A stretch of DNA of 61,278 nucleotides, counting the filler, from Stramenopiles sp. TOSAG23-6 (taxonomy: Eukaryota), in NCBI GenBank assembly GCA_900128565.1. It is 19 parts of 19 records of this genome, joined end to end, with 100 filler letters (N's around TTAATTAATTAA, not from the genome) between each part and the next. Parts side by side here need not be neighbours in the genome. Positions count along the whole stretch, not along the records: positions 35,669 to 38,799 come from LT637647.1; positions 38,900 to 42,028 come from LT637648.1; positions 42,129 to 45,253 come from LT637649.1; positions 45,354 to 48,465 come from LT637650.1; 15 more parts are not named here. The stretch is one strand, 5' to 3'. Positions 35,995 to 48,565 of this stretch are shown piece by piece. Numbering within the stretch: position 1 is the stretch's first letter; each line of letters begins with the position of its first letter. Both the position numbers and the translations under genes were made by a program. The notes below the pieces were generated by a model. The model saw only the letters and a list, made by a program, of their open reading frames with translations. It made no database searches and had not been told where the DNA came from.

Positions 35995-38799
35995 ATTTTG
36001 GAAAAATATTTCAAAAAAAAATTTTGAAAATTTGTTAGGTACAAAATTTCGTATGAAACTAAAAAAAAAAAAAATTCGATTTTTTTTTAAGGCTCAAAAA
36101 AAAAAATAAAACATACATACAATGCATTTCTATGTTTTTTGAGTAATTCATTACATTTTTGATCAATACTTTTTCGATCTATTGGTGATAATATTTCATT
36201 AGAAACCCTAACCCTATCATCATCAAATGTATCAATTTTGTTGATTGGAGATAATTCTGAATTTTGATTATTTTGATTATTTTGATTATTTTGTCTAGGG
36301 TTAGGGTTATTTTGAACATTGAGTAAAGCATTTGCTTTGTCATTACGATATTCTTGTACTGTTGTAGGTAGAGGAAAATGTTCAACAATATCAGGTTTAC
36401 GTGGAGACAATAAAATATCATTCAAAACTGATTCTAAAACATGAAATGTTTCTGTCATGACTTTTGATTTGATTTGTTTTTTCTCATCTTTTGTTAATTT
36501 TGTTAATTTTGATTTTTTTAATTCTTTTGTTTTTTCATTGTTTATTGTTTTTGTTTTTTTTTCTACTTTTGATGTTCTATCTTGTGATACGGTTGATGTT
36601 TCATCCATTATTACAATATATTGTGAGAAAATATTCGTAGTTGTACAAATAATTGTTAGATATAAAAATTTGTATGAAAAAAAATTTGAAAAAAAAATTA
36701 AAAAAAAAAAAATTTTGAAAAAAAAAAAACGTATTTTTTTGATTCTATTTCTATAGTTGCAGAGTTTTGAGGATTCTCATGCAAATCTCTAATTTCATTA
36801 TCTTGTAACAAATTATCTAGAAATGAATTTGACCCTAACCCTAATGATGATTGTTCCACTGCGGTCAATTGGTCTATTAATTCATTTGTTTCATTTGTTT
36901 CATCCAATCCAAATTGGTCCTGTAACCTTAACCCTAATTGCTCCTTTGTTTCATTGTATTTTTCTTGTATGTAATTTGTATGTTTTCCATCATTCAACAT
37001 GTTTTTACCTATAGGCATTTCTATAGTATTGTTATATACACTTTTATCAATAATACCAATAATAGATATATCTGTATTCGTTTCATTATTCAATTCATTA
37101 TTTTTTTTTGTTTCATTATTCAATTCATTATTTTTTTTTGTTTCATTATTCAATTCTAACGTATTCTTGAATGACTTTTTCAAATCTAATTTTTCTTTTT
37201 CTTTTGTTTCTATAGTAACATCTATATTCACTGATGTTTCATCAATAGGCACTACTAGATTACTAAGAGGGTTGTAAAGCCCTAGAACACCATACGGTGG
37301 ATCTGCTTCATACGCTAAAATCTCTACTGCTTCATCGCTTGAGTTTTTGTTAGCAGAGAAATCTGTTTCTAATAATATAACTCTACCATTCGCATCAACA
37401 CACTCTACTACATCAAGCGCAATATTTCGTGTCGCCCAACCACGCCACATACTTTGAAGAATAACAGCACCTCGTGAGTGTGTCATTACTTTACGTGGCA
37501 TATCGGTTAGACTATAATGAAACGAAATCAAGTTGTAATGAATATCTCTATTACTCTATTATCTTCTTTCAAAATATAAAAGTATGCTATGCTTTGAAAT
37601 ATAATAAAGATATCATTACATAGAGAAAGATGTGTACTCTTTGAGACATTTAAATACAATGCGACATGTGAGAAAATGTACCAAACTTCATAAAGAGTGG
37701 AAAAGACTCAAACACTCGAAAACACTTTTGACATCTCCGAAACGGAAGAAAAAACGTAACTGTCACATTTTTGTAGTATATATATCTTTACTTTTTTTAG
37801 AATCCAACTCAGAACACTGTGACTAGTACATTTATTTTTCTAGTATTCAATTGAATCAATTTTCTTTCTTTTGATCATGTCAATGGATGATATCCCAGAA
37901 AACTTAATGTGTTCAATTACACGAGATCTCTACAAAGATCCAGTGGTTGCAGCGGACGGTTTCACTTATGAACGAGCTGCTATTGAGGAACATTTTCAGA
38001 CAAAAAATACATCACCTTTAACAAACGCAGTATTGCCTGATAAAAAACTTTACCCGAATAATAGTATGAAAACCGATTGTATCGATTGGAAACAAAACCA
38101 ATCTGACAAAAAAAATGATATAAAACCTTTGTATTTTAAATGCTTTCAAGCAGAGAAACCTTCAGATCTTATTAAAGCCATTGCACGAATGAGTGATTTG
38201 GTCACACAATCCGACGAATGCATTCTTCAGATGTCACGTCTTAAAACATTAATACCTGTAGGCATGGTCACCAAAAAAGTACAATATGCGTTGGATACAT
38301 TATCAACTGTATGTAAAGATAAATATGATAAAAAGGCATTAGAATTTTCTACAATAAAACAAATGAGAAAAGTCAATGAATATTCGGTTGGTGTTTTACA
38401 AAAAAAGATTGAAGAAGAAAATAAATTAAACAAATTAGAGGTTGATTTGATTGAAGCAAAGGTAAAATTAGGGGAAGCGAGGAAACAAGTTGAAGCTGCA
38501 AAAAAGACTGTGGAAAAGATCAAAAAGAATATGAAAAATGCTAAAAAAGAAACTAATCGTTTGAGTGGTTTAAAAGCATTAACAAAATTATATAAAGAAA
38601 AGGAGACAAGTCTATCTGCTGCTTTAAAAAAATTTGATATTTATGATGATGATAATGTACCACCTATGGCATCCGATAGTAGTAGTAGTAGTAGNAGNAG
38701 CAGTAGCAGTAGTAGTAGTAGTACTAGTACTAGTACTAGTAGTGGAAAAAAAACGAAAATCAAGTTCATCAATGTCTAATAGTGCAGTAAAACGTCAAA
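35995..38799 (-). repeat. Inverted duplicate of 29197-32001 on a separate contig
   Basis: Identical ORFs and identical isolated N positions in the Ser repeat, which indicates a redundant assembly. Confidence 0.9.
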
Positions 38800-38950
38800 N
38801 NNNNNNNNNNNNNNNNNNNNNNNNNNNNNNNNNNNNNNNNNNNTTAATTAATTAANNNNNNNNNNNNNNNNNNNNNNNNNNNNNNNNNNNNNNNNNNNNT
38901 CGTACGAAAAATAAATTCGATTTTTTTGTAAAAAAAAAAATAAAACATAC

Positions 38951-40971
38951 ATGCTTTTAGCAGCATGGACAAGACGTTTCGCACTTGTTTCATGATGGAG
39001 AGGGTTAATTGAAGGTATTCTAGATTTTGTTTTCTTTACAGAATTTTCGTCTTCCGCAGAGCTTGAATAGTTTTTCGCTTGATTGCGTCTTTGTCTTCGA
39101 GAACGACGGCCAGGCTTGGTAGTCTTCGTGTCAAAAGGATTTTTGTTCATCAAACTATTGAATATGGTTTTCTTCTTTGAATGAAAATATATAATAGCAG
39201 CAAGTAACGCGAGCATTAATCCACACGAAATTGCGCTGATACCAACTATAAATGAGAGTTTCCAATAATGATGCATAAAATATGCCATGCCAGTAAGTTG
39301 TGCAAGAAAACGAATATTTGCCGATTTAACACGAATTCTTTGATTTGATAACTGAGCTGTGATCATTCCCGTTGGGAAATCCATTTTTTCTCTATAACCA
39401 TCAAAAACAACAATACTTACAACATCTTCATCTTTAAAAAAGCCAAATAATAATGGAACTACAAGACAAAAATGTCGAATTTGTTGAATCATCCAAGGGG
39501 AATACGATAGAAGGAGAGGTCGTATTGAACGTGCCAAAACAACTCCTAACTGATCACGAAATTGTGTAGCATGACTGACATTTGATGTTTCACCATCAGG
39601 GTTAGGATTTTCATTACTTTTGTCAGGATTTGAATATAATTCAGAGAGTAACACAAGATTTCTGTAGTTAATGCCCATGCTACTGCGCGAAGCTGCATGT
39701 GTCATGTATTGTGAATTTTTTTTATTTTTTATTTTTTTATTGTTAGGTACGCAATTTCGTATGAAAAAAAAAACGAAATTGAAAAAAAATGAAACATACA
39801 TATCCGCTTCAGCTCTCATTGTTGATAAAATATATTGACTATCTGCCTCAGGGTTCGTGCTAAAATTTTGTAATAAAGCTTTCTTTGTATCATTCCGCTC
39901 TTTTTCATTCATTGTTTCTGTTTTTTCTTTACTAAAAAAATTGAAATGATCTTCATGTTTTTGTTGTTTTTGTTGTCTTTGTTGTTTTTCATTATTTTCA
40001 TTATTTTCTGGTGTAGAATCGTCCGTCACATCACATAGCTCTTCATCCAAATTACAGTTAGAACCTTCTTTCGGAACAGAACTGTTGTTAATACTACTTG
40101 TATTGTCCCACCCAAGCATATTCTTCAAATTTTCCCAACAATATTGGATCCCTAACTTTCCATAAAGTATAGGATACGACAACGCAGTAGAAAGATTATC
40201 AAGCATTTTCTGTTCTTGGGTTGTTGACGAACTGTCGTTCACATCGAGCATATGCTTTGGAGATATATTGACATTTTGAGCACTTGCCTGTAAAGCAGCC
40301 TCTAGTGGAGATAGTCGGAGCTCTGTAGTGAGCATACTTACACCAAGATCGGCATTCTGTGCAGTCCTTGGTAACACGAAATCAATAGTAACAGTGTAAC
40401 GGTAACCTGGAGCAAGTGTTCTTAAATGAGACGTTCGCTCTTCTTCCTTTAATAATTCGAAATATTTCCTTTGTGTGTTCAACGTTTCCTCTGTCAAGTC
40501 CATCGACTGTGAGTCCATATTATACAAATTCACCATTTCGTGGTTTATTTCCCAATGATTGAACTTTCTCACTAAATCAACAGTGGCTGAGGGATGCTCT
40601 TGAGTATAATCAAAATACAAAGGTCTTTCAATGCGCATTTTTGGTACAAGATGCCTATAAGTTCTAATGTATAATAGTATTGATAGACTACCAATAAAGA
40701 TAACGGTGAAAAAAAGGCCAATCCCCTTGAAAGCAACAAACATTAACCAATAACCCCACTTTTCCGCACGTTTAAGTTCCTTTTCAGTACGCTTCTCAGA
40801 AGGTAATATGCGTGATATTAAAGCCGATACGAAGTGAAACCAAACTCTTAAGGGAAAAGAAACTACTGATATACATCCTGAAAGTAGCGCAGCTATAAAC
40901 GAAGGAATTGGAAATTTGCCCAAAGCCTGTGCAAGATTGTAAGCCTTCGATCTATGTAAGTCTTTTGGCAT
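38951..40971 (-). CDS. Seipin (lipid droplet biogenesis) with a long luminal insertion
   Basis: Transmembrane helix, PLYFDY, Y.VTIDFVLP....N.DLG, A.IRF.A.LTG..Y.M..Y, second transmembrane helix. Frame-preserving intron 39704-39799. Confidence 0.85.
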
Positions 40972-41437
40972 TTCACAAAGAAAGTAACTTACAACTCCGT
41001 TCTTCTTTTGGATTATTCCTCACAACTAAAGTAAGAAAAACTATATCGTATCTATATTCTATGTGACACGGTAATACTGCTAAAAATGCGTGAAAATATT
41101 GACCGTGATCTGGTAGGTGCAAACAATTTTGTTGTACTTATTTTTTATCGATCTGATCAGAATCAGAATTTGATAGCCGACAGCCACAAATGGCAAGAAA
41201 TTTTGTACGAAATTTCGTACCTAAAGAAATAATGATAACTTCCAGATCTCTCAGAATCTCAGATACTATGTATAGTGGTACCACCACTGGGTACTAAACT
41301 ATTGCTGTTTGTTTTATATTGCCTACTAGGACTTCGTAGCTAGCTACAGGATTTACTAATATACAATCTATGATTCATTATATCATAGTAAGTAACTTCC
41401 AAGAGTAGTGAAACAAGTATCTCACCTATAGTTGAAA

Positions 41438-41886
41438 ATGTCAGAAAGAGAAACTAGGGATAAAATGTTATCCCGACGTGCGACAGAAGCCTCACGTGCA
41501 AGTGCAGCCCGAAGGGCTTATGGTGAAATACACAGTCGAAATTGTGATACAGCAAATACTGAACTCTCCGATAGTAACGCTGATAGTAGTGATAATGGAG
41601 ATTCTTCCTGTCCAAGAAGTACTCCTTTCCATACTGCCAATTATGCACCAAAGGACTATGTTAATCTAGAAGAAGAAGTCAGAAAAATAAGGGCACGACG
41701 TAGTGGAACAAATATAGAAAGTAGCCATACGGACTTAGATGTCCTCACGGATGAAGAATTGGGGGATAGTTTACCAGTTCCTCCTCGTTTTCATGAAGCT
41801 TTTGAAGTATTTCCCTTTCTTGAAAATATATTTACCCCGGAAGCATTTGAAATTCTTGTAGAGGAAATGAAAAAAGCAACTAACTG
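41438..41886 (+). CDS. Hypothetical protein, exon 1
   Basis: Coding-like ORF from ATG 41438 to a GTACGT donor at 41887. Confidence 0.55.
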
Positions 41887-42223
41887 GTACGTTTCAACTC
41901 GTTCATTTTCGTGTGTTTATTTAAATATTTTTGTATGTGTTTTCAAAGTAACATGTATTTAGATGTGTCTTTTCCGTTATCATGTAAATTTCATTAAATT
42001 TTACAAAAAATATTTTTTCATAATTCATNNNNNNNNNNNNNNNNNNNNNNNNNNNNNNNNNNNNNNNNNNNNTTAATTAATTAANNNNNNNNNNNNNNNN
42101 NNNNNNNNNNNNNNNNNNNNNNNNNNNNTGGAAAAATATTTCAAAAAAAATCTAAAAAAAATTGTTAGGTACAAAATTTCGTATGAAAAACAAATCAAAA
42201 TTGAAAAAAAAAATAAAACATAC

Positions 42224-45200
42224 ATCTGTAACTTTTGCTTTGCGCCATTCACTTTCACCCTCCCAGTCCCATTTAGCGTCAACAATGTCGCCTTCTTTTA
42301 CTGTGATTGGCCAAGGTTTATTCACTTTATCAGGTTTTTCCCACTGAGTTTCTCCAGTTTCTGTATTAAAATAGTATATGTTACCCTCATTGTCGACACA
42401 TCGAACCCATAATCCATCAATCCAATTATCGTCATACCAATAGGGATCGTTTTCATAGTTGTATTCTTCATTGTTAAAGTATTCGAAGTATCCATCCTTG
42501 CTAAAGCTTTCTACGTATTCTTCATTGTCATAGTACTCTTGATTATCATAGCCTTCTTCATTATTACAAACTTTATTGTCGTGTTCAAATACGTTAACTT
42601 CATTGTTTTTAATTGTTTCAGGCTTATCGTCCAATAGATCACTTGGAAGCCATCCACATTCTTGTATCCCTAATTCTTTATCATATGAAAGTACAAGAGA
42701 CCAACCATTGCTTAGTTCATCTATGACCAATATTTCATCACCCTTTTTTATTGTTAGAATGTCCTCAGCAAAATAGCCTGTAAAAATGTTATCATCAAGA
42801 GTATCTATTTCGGTTATAATATCATGATCTTTATTAGTGAAGTCAGTATTTTTCACTGCGTTCCGTTTGGCGGAGGCGGCTGCTGCGATACTTGTTATTG
42901 AACGAACAACGATTTTTTGTTTACACTTTGTAATAGCATTAGCATCATCAGAAGTCTCATTAATATCTGATAAATCATCTTCCTTTTTGGTATTAATATC
43001 ACGTTTTTGAATCTTTCGGCCAAGTTTTTTCTGAATACTTTTGCATATTACTTGATTAGATTGATCATAATTCGTCCAGTGTACATTGTTTACAGCATCG
43101 ACAGATTCCGGATCGTTCATGTCAACATTATACCAGTTATAAAAAGCATAGTCATAATCATATTTTGAGTAGTCATATTTTTCATCTTCATTCTCGATAT
43201 ATTCACCATCTTCATTATAGTAACCTCCATATATATCAAAGGTGCCATCATAACCATCGCCATATATACCATAATAGAGACCAAAATCATCGAAAGCATT
43301 TTGGTATTCATATTTCGACGTATATAAATAACCATCTTCTGCAATATATCCAGGGTAATAATCTTCTTCATCCATATTTAATAGCGCACTATTTGCAAGT
43401 GATGTTTTAGCCCGCATGTACCAAGCTTCAATAACAAGATCAGCACCGCCAGGATAGTTCCACTTTTCTTTTGGTAACACATTGTCATTTATTTCGCTGC
43501 GGTTGCTGAGAGCACTAAGTGCAAATCCATGTAGAAAAGCAACTGCATCATCATCATCATCACTAATAACATTATCTATACGGTCTTTGTCATTACTATT
43601 ATTCGTTTTATTTATATCCTTTTCCTGTGAAATTGAAGCAAAACGACTTCCTTGTACTCGAACGTCACAAACAGCCATATCGCTTTGTGAATTATCAGAA
43701 GACCAAGCAACTGTTACAAAACCATCTTTTAGAGGGGTTACAAGTGTGACATCCATCCATTCACCCATCCACATTGCTTCAAGTTTATCACCAATTTTCC
43801 AGTCCCGTGCTGTGCCTTTGTTTTGATTATTTACCTGATTTAACTTTTTATGACTTGTAAATTCTTCATCAACTTCATCGCCTTTTTTAATACTCATTGC
43901 TCGGTTTTGTCTTTGTAAAGCACTTCTTTCTGCTGCACGCTTTAACACAGCTTGTCGAACAGCTTTTGAAGCAAGATCACCAGCCATTCTTAGACCAGAA
44001 TCTCTACTTATTTCTATTACATTTGATTTTAATTTGCTTTTACTCTTTTTATATTTAGATTTCTTAGATTTTTTAGATTTTTTAGATTTTTTAGATTTTT
44101 TAGATTTTCTTTTCATCTGTATTTCAGGTAACAAGCAAGCAATTTCAGTTTTATCTAATTTAACAGATCCTACAGGATAAAGAGGTGCAAGTGTATGACT
44201 ACGACGGAATGATCGAGACGGCGATATAGGTGGAATGACACTGTCATCGCCTCTAGTAATAGATGATATCAAATTTCGACCAATTGAGGATAATCCATCA
44301 TTTAATGTCGGTCCTCCTGATTTCCTACCAGACATACTCAACCTAACTGAATCTATTCTATTATTTTTAATATTCGCTATAATGTTATCACTTTTTGAAC
44401 TTGCACCAAATGCAGAAACTCTGCTATCTGAGTGCTCCATCTTTTGACTACTATTTATATCTATATCGCGATTATCTTCTCCTCCATCTTCTTCTTCGCT
44501 ACTCGAATCTGTCCCACTATCTAAAAGGTTCACATTACTAGGATATTTCCCTCTAAATGTATCAACTTCTTTATTTTGTGTAGTCGCGTGGAATGTATGG
44601 CTAGCACTAACTTTACTAACTGTCTCATCATTTTTCTGTCCTTCTTTCATTGGATCTCCTAATGCAGCTAGAAATAGTTGCTGTGCTCTAGGTCTATTCT
44701 TTTCAGTAGCAACTTTTGATGTGACTGGTGAATTTAGCCCCGAAAATCCACCTTTGGGTGTAATAAGTTGAGTAACATCTCCAGTATCGAGCCAGCTCAA
44801 AGTACTACCACCAATTCCAGTATTTGAACGCGCTTTCAAAACTCTATCATTGTCTTTGATGTTGTGTTTATTATNNNNNNNNNNNNNNNNNNNNNNNNNN
44901 NNNNNNNNNNNNNNNNNNNNNNNNNNNNNNNNNNNNNNNNNNNNNNNNNNNNNNNNNNNNNNNNNNNNNNNNNNNNNNNNNNNNNNNNNNNNNNNCCATT
45001 GGACGTCGAATTTTGTTGGGAGGATTTCTGCCATAAAATATTCGTTCCTCCAGTCCCAGATACTTGATTCATATTTCTTGTTATTACTAGGGGTAAATGA
45101 TTTTGAAGTGAAGGGAGCTCAGTAGAAGAAGGTATTGTATTCAATACATTTCCTAATTGAGAATTAGAAGAAATTCCAAAGTCAATAAATGGGTTAGAAT

Positions 45201-45253
45201 TCTTTCCTATACCTACTTCTTTAACAAAGTACTTAGGGTTAGGGTTAGAATTC
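42224..45253 (-). CDS. Large scaffold fragment with Tudor/Agenet-like, SH3 and WW domains
   Basis: WKIGDKLEAMW.GEW; LTIKKGDEI..NGW..GWLP; W....DNEGNIYYFNTETGETQWEKP; VKEGDIVDAKW. An N gap shifts the apparent frame. Confidence 0.8.
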
Positions 45254-45385
45254 NNNNNNNNNNNNNNNNNNNNNNNNNNNNNNNNNNNNNNNNNNNNTTA
45301 ATTAATTAANNNNNNNNNNNNNNNNNNNNNNNNNNNNNNNNNNNNNNNNNNNNAAATTCGAAATTGAAACAAAAATAAAACATAC

Positions 45386-46180
45386 ATTAATGCAGGATAA
45401 CAACCTTGTGGTAATTCAATGGATGTGAGTTCAGATTGCTTATCTAAATGCCACCAAGGGAAAATTCTAAGGGTGCAAATTCCATTTAAAATAGCGGATG
45501 TTGAACCAGTGTTTTCTTCATGTTTCTTAAAATCTGAGACATCAGCGATAATAATTGCTTTACCATCATCTCCGAGCCAGCATAATCCACCACAGATGAT
45601 CGATTGTTCTTGATAGACATATATAGTGAAAAATATATATTTTTTTTTTGTTAGGTACAAAATACTAAAAAAAAAATAAATTTAAAAAAAAAATTCATAA
45701 TGAAAATGTACATCCCCAAAAAGACGCCATTTATTTTGACGGGATGACCAAAGAGCTGCACCACAACCACCAGACACAGCAATGCGAAGTGAGTCATTGC
45801 TTACTGCAACATGGTACAGTGGCCAGACATTGTTACTCGTAAGATACGTCGGGGTTACCGGGATACGGGATAGTTTCAAAGTCTTTAATCCACCTTTCAG
45901 TAAAAAAACTGCATCATCTGCAAGTAACGATACTGGGGCACGCGACGATCCACATGAACCACCCACTGCTTTTTGTCTCATGAAACGAAACGAAGTTAAA
46001 ATTGTTCGAGCAGGTTTGATTTTGTTCCTATTTCCCAGTGTTGAAGGTGATGATCCGATGCCAGAAGGTGATCGATCACCGCTATTACTACAACTATTAC
46101 CTACAGCAAATAATGTATATCCATGTTTACCCCATGTTATACAATTCTTTGAAATTCCTTTATGTAGTGGTTCGCCAGAT
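45386..46180 (-). CDS. RIC1: RIC1 (RAB6 GEF subunit), internal exons
   Basis: WGKHGYTL, YL..N.WP, IAVSG..G, KWRLFGD|VYQEQ..GGLCW. Intron 45619-45711. Confidence 0.8.
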
Positions 46181-46281
46181 CTTGTATTTTGGAAAAATAT
46201 TTCAAAAAAAAAAACTAAAATTTGTTAGGTACGAAATTTCGTAGTAAAAAAAAACGAATTTGAAAAAAAATTAAAACATAC

Positions 46282-47384
46282 ATGCAGTCGTTGCGAAGAT
46301 TGGCTGACAAGAGTTGTTTCCCACCTTGGATGATTGTTTTTTGATAGCCCTCCAAAACGCCGAGGCGGCCATCGGCGGACCTTTTCTGTGGCATGCCATT
46401 TGGTAGCTGAGGTGTGATTGAAGCAGTTGTGTTGGCACGGTCCTTACCAAGTTGAATCGAAAAGTTCACAGAGGGAAACATTCCACCAGTAAAATACCAG
46501 TCCACACCTCGGGAAAAAGCCTCTAGCTCCGCGTTGGTAGGAAGCTTATCAGATAAAGAGTAAGTTGGGCGCACAGCTGGAACGAATTGTATGTCGGGGT
46601 AGTAGGAGGCACTTCCACTACTTTGTGTATTGTTGTTTATCGGGACTGTGAGATATTGTACGATATGGTCAATAACCGCCTTCCAAGCAACTTTGGGTGC
46701 AAAACGGTTTGTGATAAACCGCGACAGCGGTGACGATGTGATCATGAGTGACCCCCCTGCCATTGTCGTAGTACGGAGCAGCAATGGGTGCACTGATGTG
46801 TTGTTTAACCCATATGCTGCCGTGTCGAAGCCTGCAACTGTGGCAAGAACGAGGTCCACTTCATCGACATTGTAGACTGGCAACTCTGTATATTTGACGG
46901 AATGCATTGTAAGTAACCGTAAAGGCGCAAGTGGGCGTTGTGGGGATTCAACCAATGCCGAACCAAAGGGCACAACCACCCGTTCAAACTTTGTAGTTTT
47001 TACTTCTGGGTTTGTTGTGGGTGAGCGAGTTACGTATTCGATGAAGAGTCGCTGTTGCTTACTTGCTGCCATCTTTATAGCTATTTCCTCCGCGTTCAGA
47101 AAAAGTGGGGTCTCAGACTCCGTACGTAGTGACATCAAGGATGCACCCACTGGAGCAGCAATTGTAGCAGCACTCAAATCCATAAAATCGCATTCAGTTG
47201 TAGAGGAGTCCATCGGCAATACATTATTCAACTTGAGTATTGTGATTAAGTCATTCGGTTGTTGGGAAGGTTCACAGACTGTATAAATATTCATCATTGA
47301 ATACTTTTCTTTCATTGATGAAGTCACTGTGTTGAATTGGAAAAACAAGAAGACTAGTGACACATACACTGTGTGTCGGTGCAT
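46282..47384 (-). CDS. Secreted hypothetical protein, exon 1, visibly more GC-rich than its neighbours
   Basis: Signal-like VYVSLVFLFFQF after ATG 47384; long open frame ending at a family donor. Confidence 0.7.
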
Positions 47385-47668
47385 CTTACTGTAACTTTTC
47401 GAATAAGAGTATTGTAGCAAGTAAGTAATAGTAAAGATAATATCATAAATGTATTACAAGGTATTACAATGAGCAATTTCAAATCCAATACTGATGTTGC
47501 AATCAAGTCAAAGTAAAATAAGTGTGTGTTACAAACCTGCTCGCTCGCGTAACTGACGTCGACACACGTCGTTCGAAAAAAATGGACTGAAATTTTTTCT
47601 ACTACTGCTACGACAACTACTAAAAGTTTGTTACTGTAAATACCTTTTTCTTTTTCTACGCTCAAACA

Positions 47669-48379
47669 ATGTCTCCAGAAGATGCTTTAGCCAACACAAT
47701 GTGTGGAGGATTTTTGTTGTGTTTAGATTTTCCTCCGGGGGGAGAATTCAGTATTAATACTCATGCATGGACTTTAGGAAAGTCTTTCGGTGGTCTCAAA
47801 ATGATCCCTACTACTGGTGCTCCACATTTAGTTACTATGACTGCTGGTCCGCGTGCTCCTTCCCGGACTGGTATATTTTTAACTTTCAAGAAAGGAGAAG
47901 TCCGTATACTCCGTTGGGATGCATCAGAAGAAGTTGCTCGTTGTGTCGAATCTACAGATAAAGATTATGATAGATTAGTAAATGGTGTTCTTCGTTTTGA
48001 GTATGACGCTACACTTGCACCCTTCCCGGGTGCGTCGTTGAATAAGTGTGACGCAAATTGGCAACTTTTACTCGGATTAGTTGATACAAATACATTACAA
48101 CGGTGTAATATTCCCATAGGATTTTCAATTGTCCCCGGTGAATCTGTTAGTGAAACTGAAGATTCAAAGTTTCAATTTTTAGATTTAGATTACTTTCAAA
48201 AAAAAGCATTGAGCGTTATACAGAAAAATTCTGAAAACATTTCTGGCTCATATTTGACAAATATTCACATGGATGGTTCGAAGACACTAGATCAATTTTT
48301 TAGTTCAATGAAATCTGTGCAAGAGGGAGAGAACCATATACTTGCAGAGTTACAATTGTCCTTTGTACTCTTTGTGTAC
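47669..48379 (+). CDS. AAR2: AAR2 (U5 snRNP assembly factor), exon 1
   Basis: LLCLDFPPGGEF.I....W..G..F.GLKMIP..HL, D..LAPFP, D.S..L, ILAELQLSFV.F. Confidence 0.85.
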
Positions 48380-48565
48380 GTATGTTTTATTTTTTTTCAA
48401 ATTCCAATTGTTTTTTTTTCGTACGAAATTTTGTACCTAACAAATTTAAGTTTTTTTTTTGAAATNNNNNNNNNNNNNNNNNNNNNNNNNNNNNNNNNNN
48501 NNNNNNNNNTTAATTAATTAANNNNNNNNNNNNNNNNNNNNNNNNNNNNNNNNNNNNNNNNNNNN

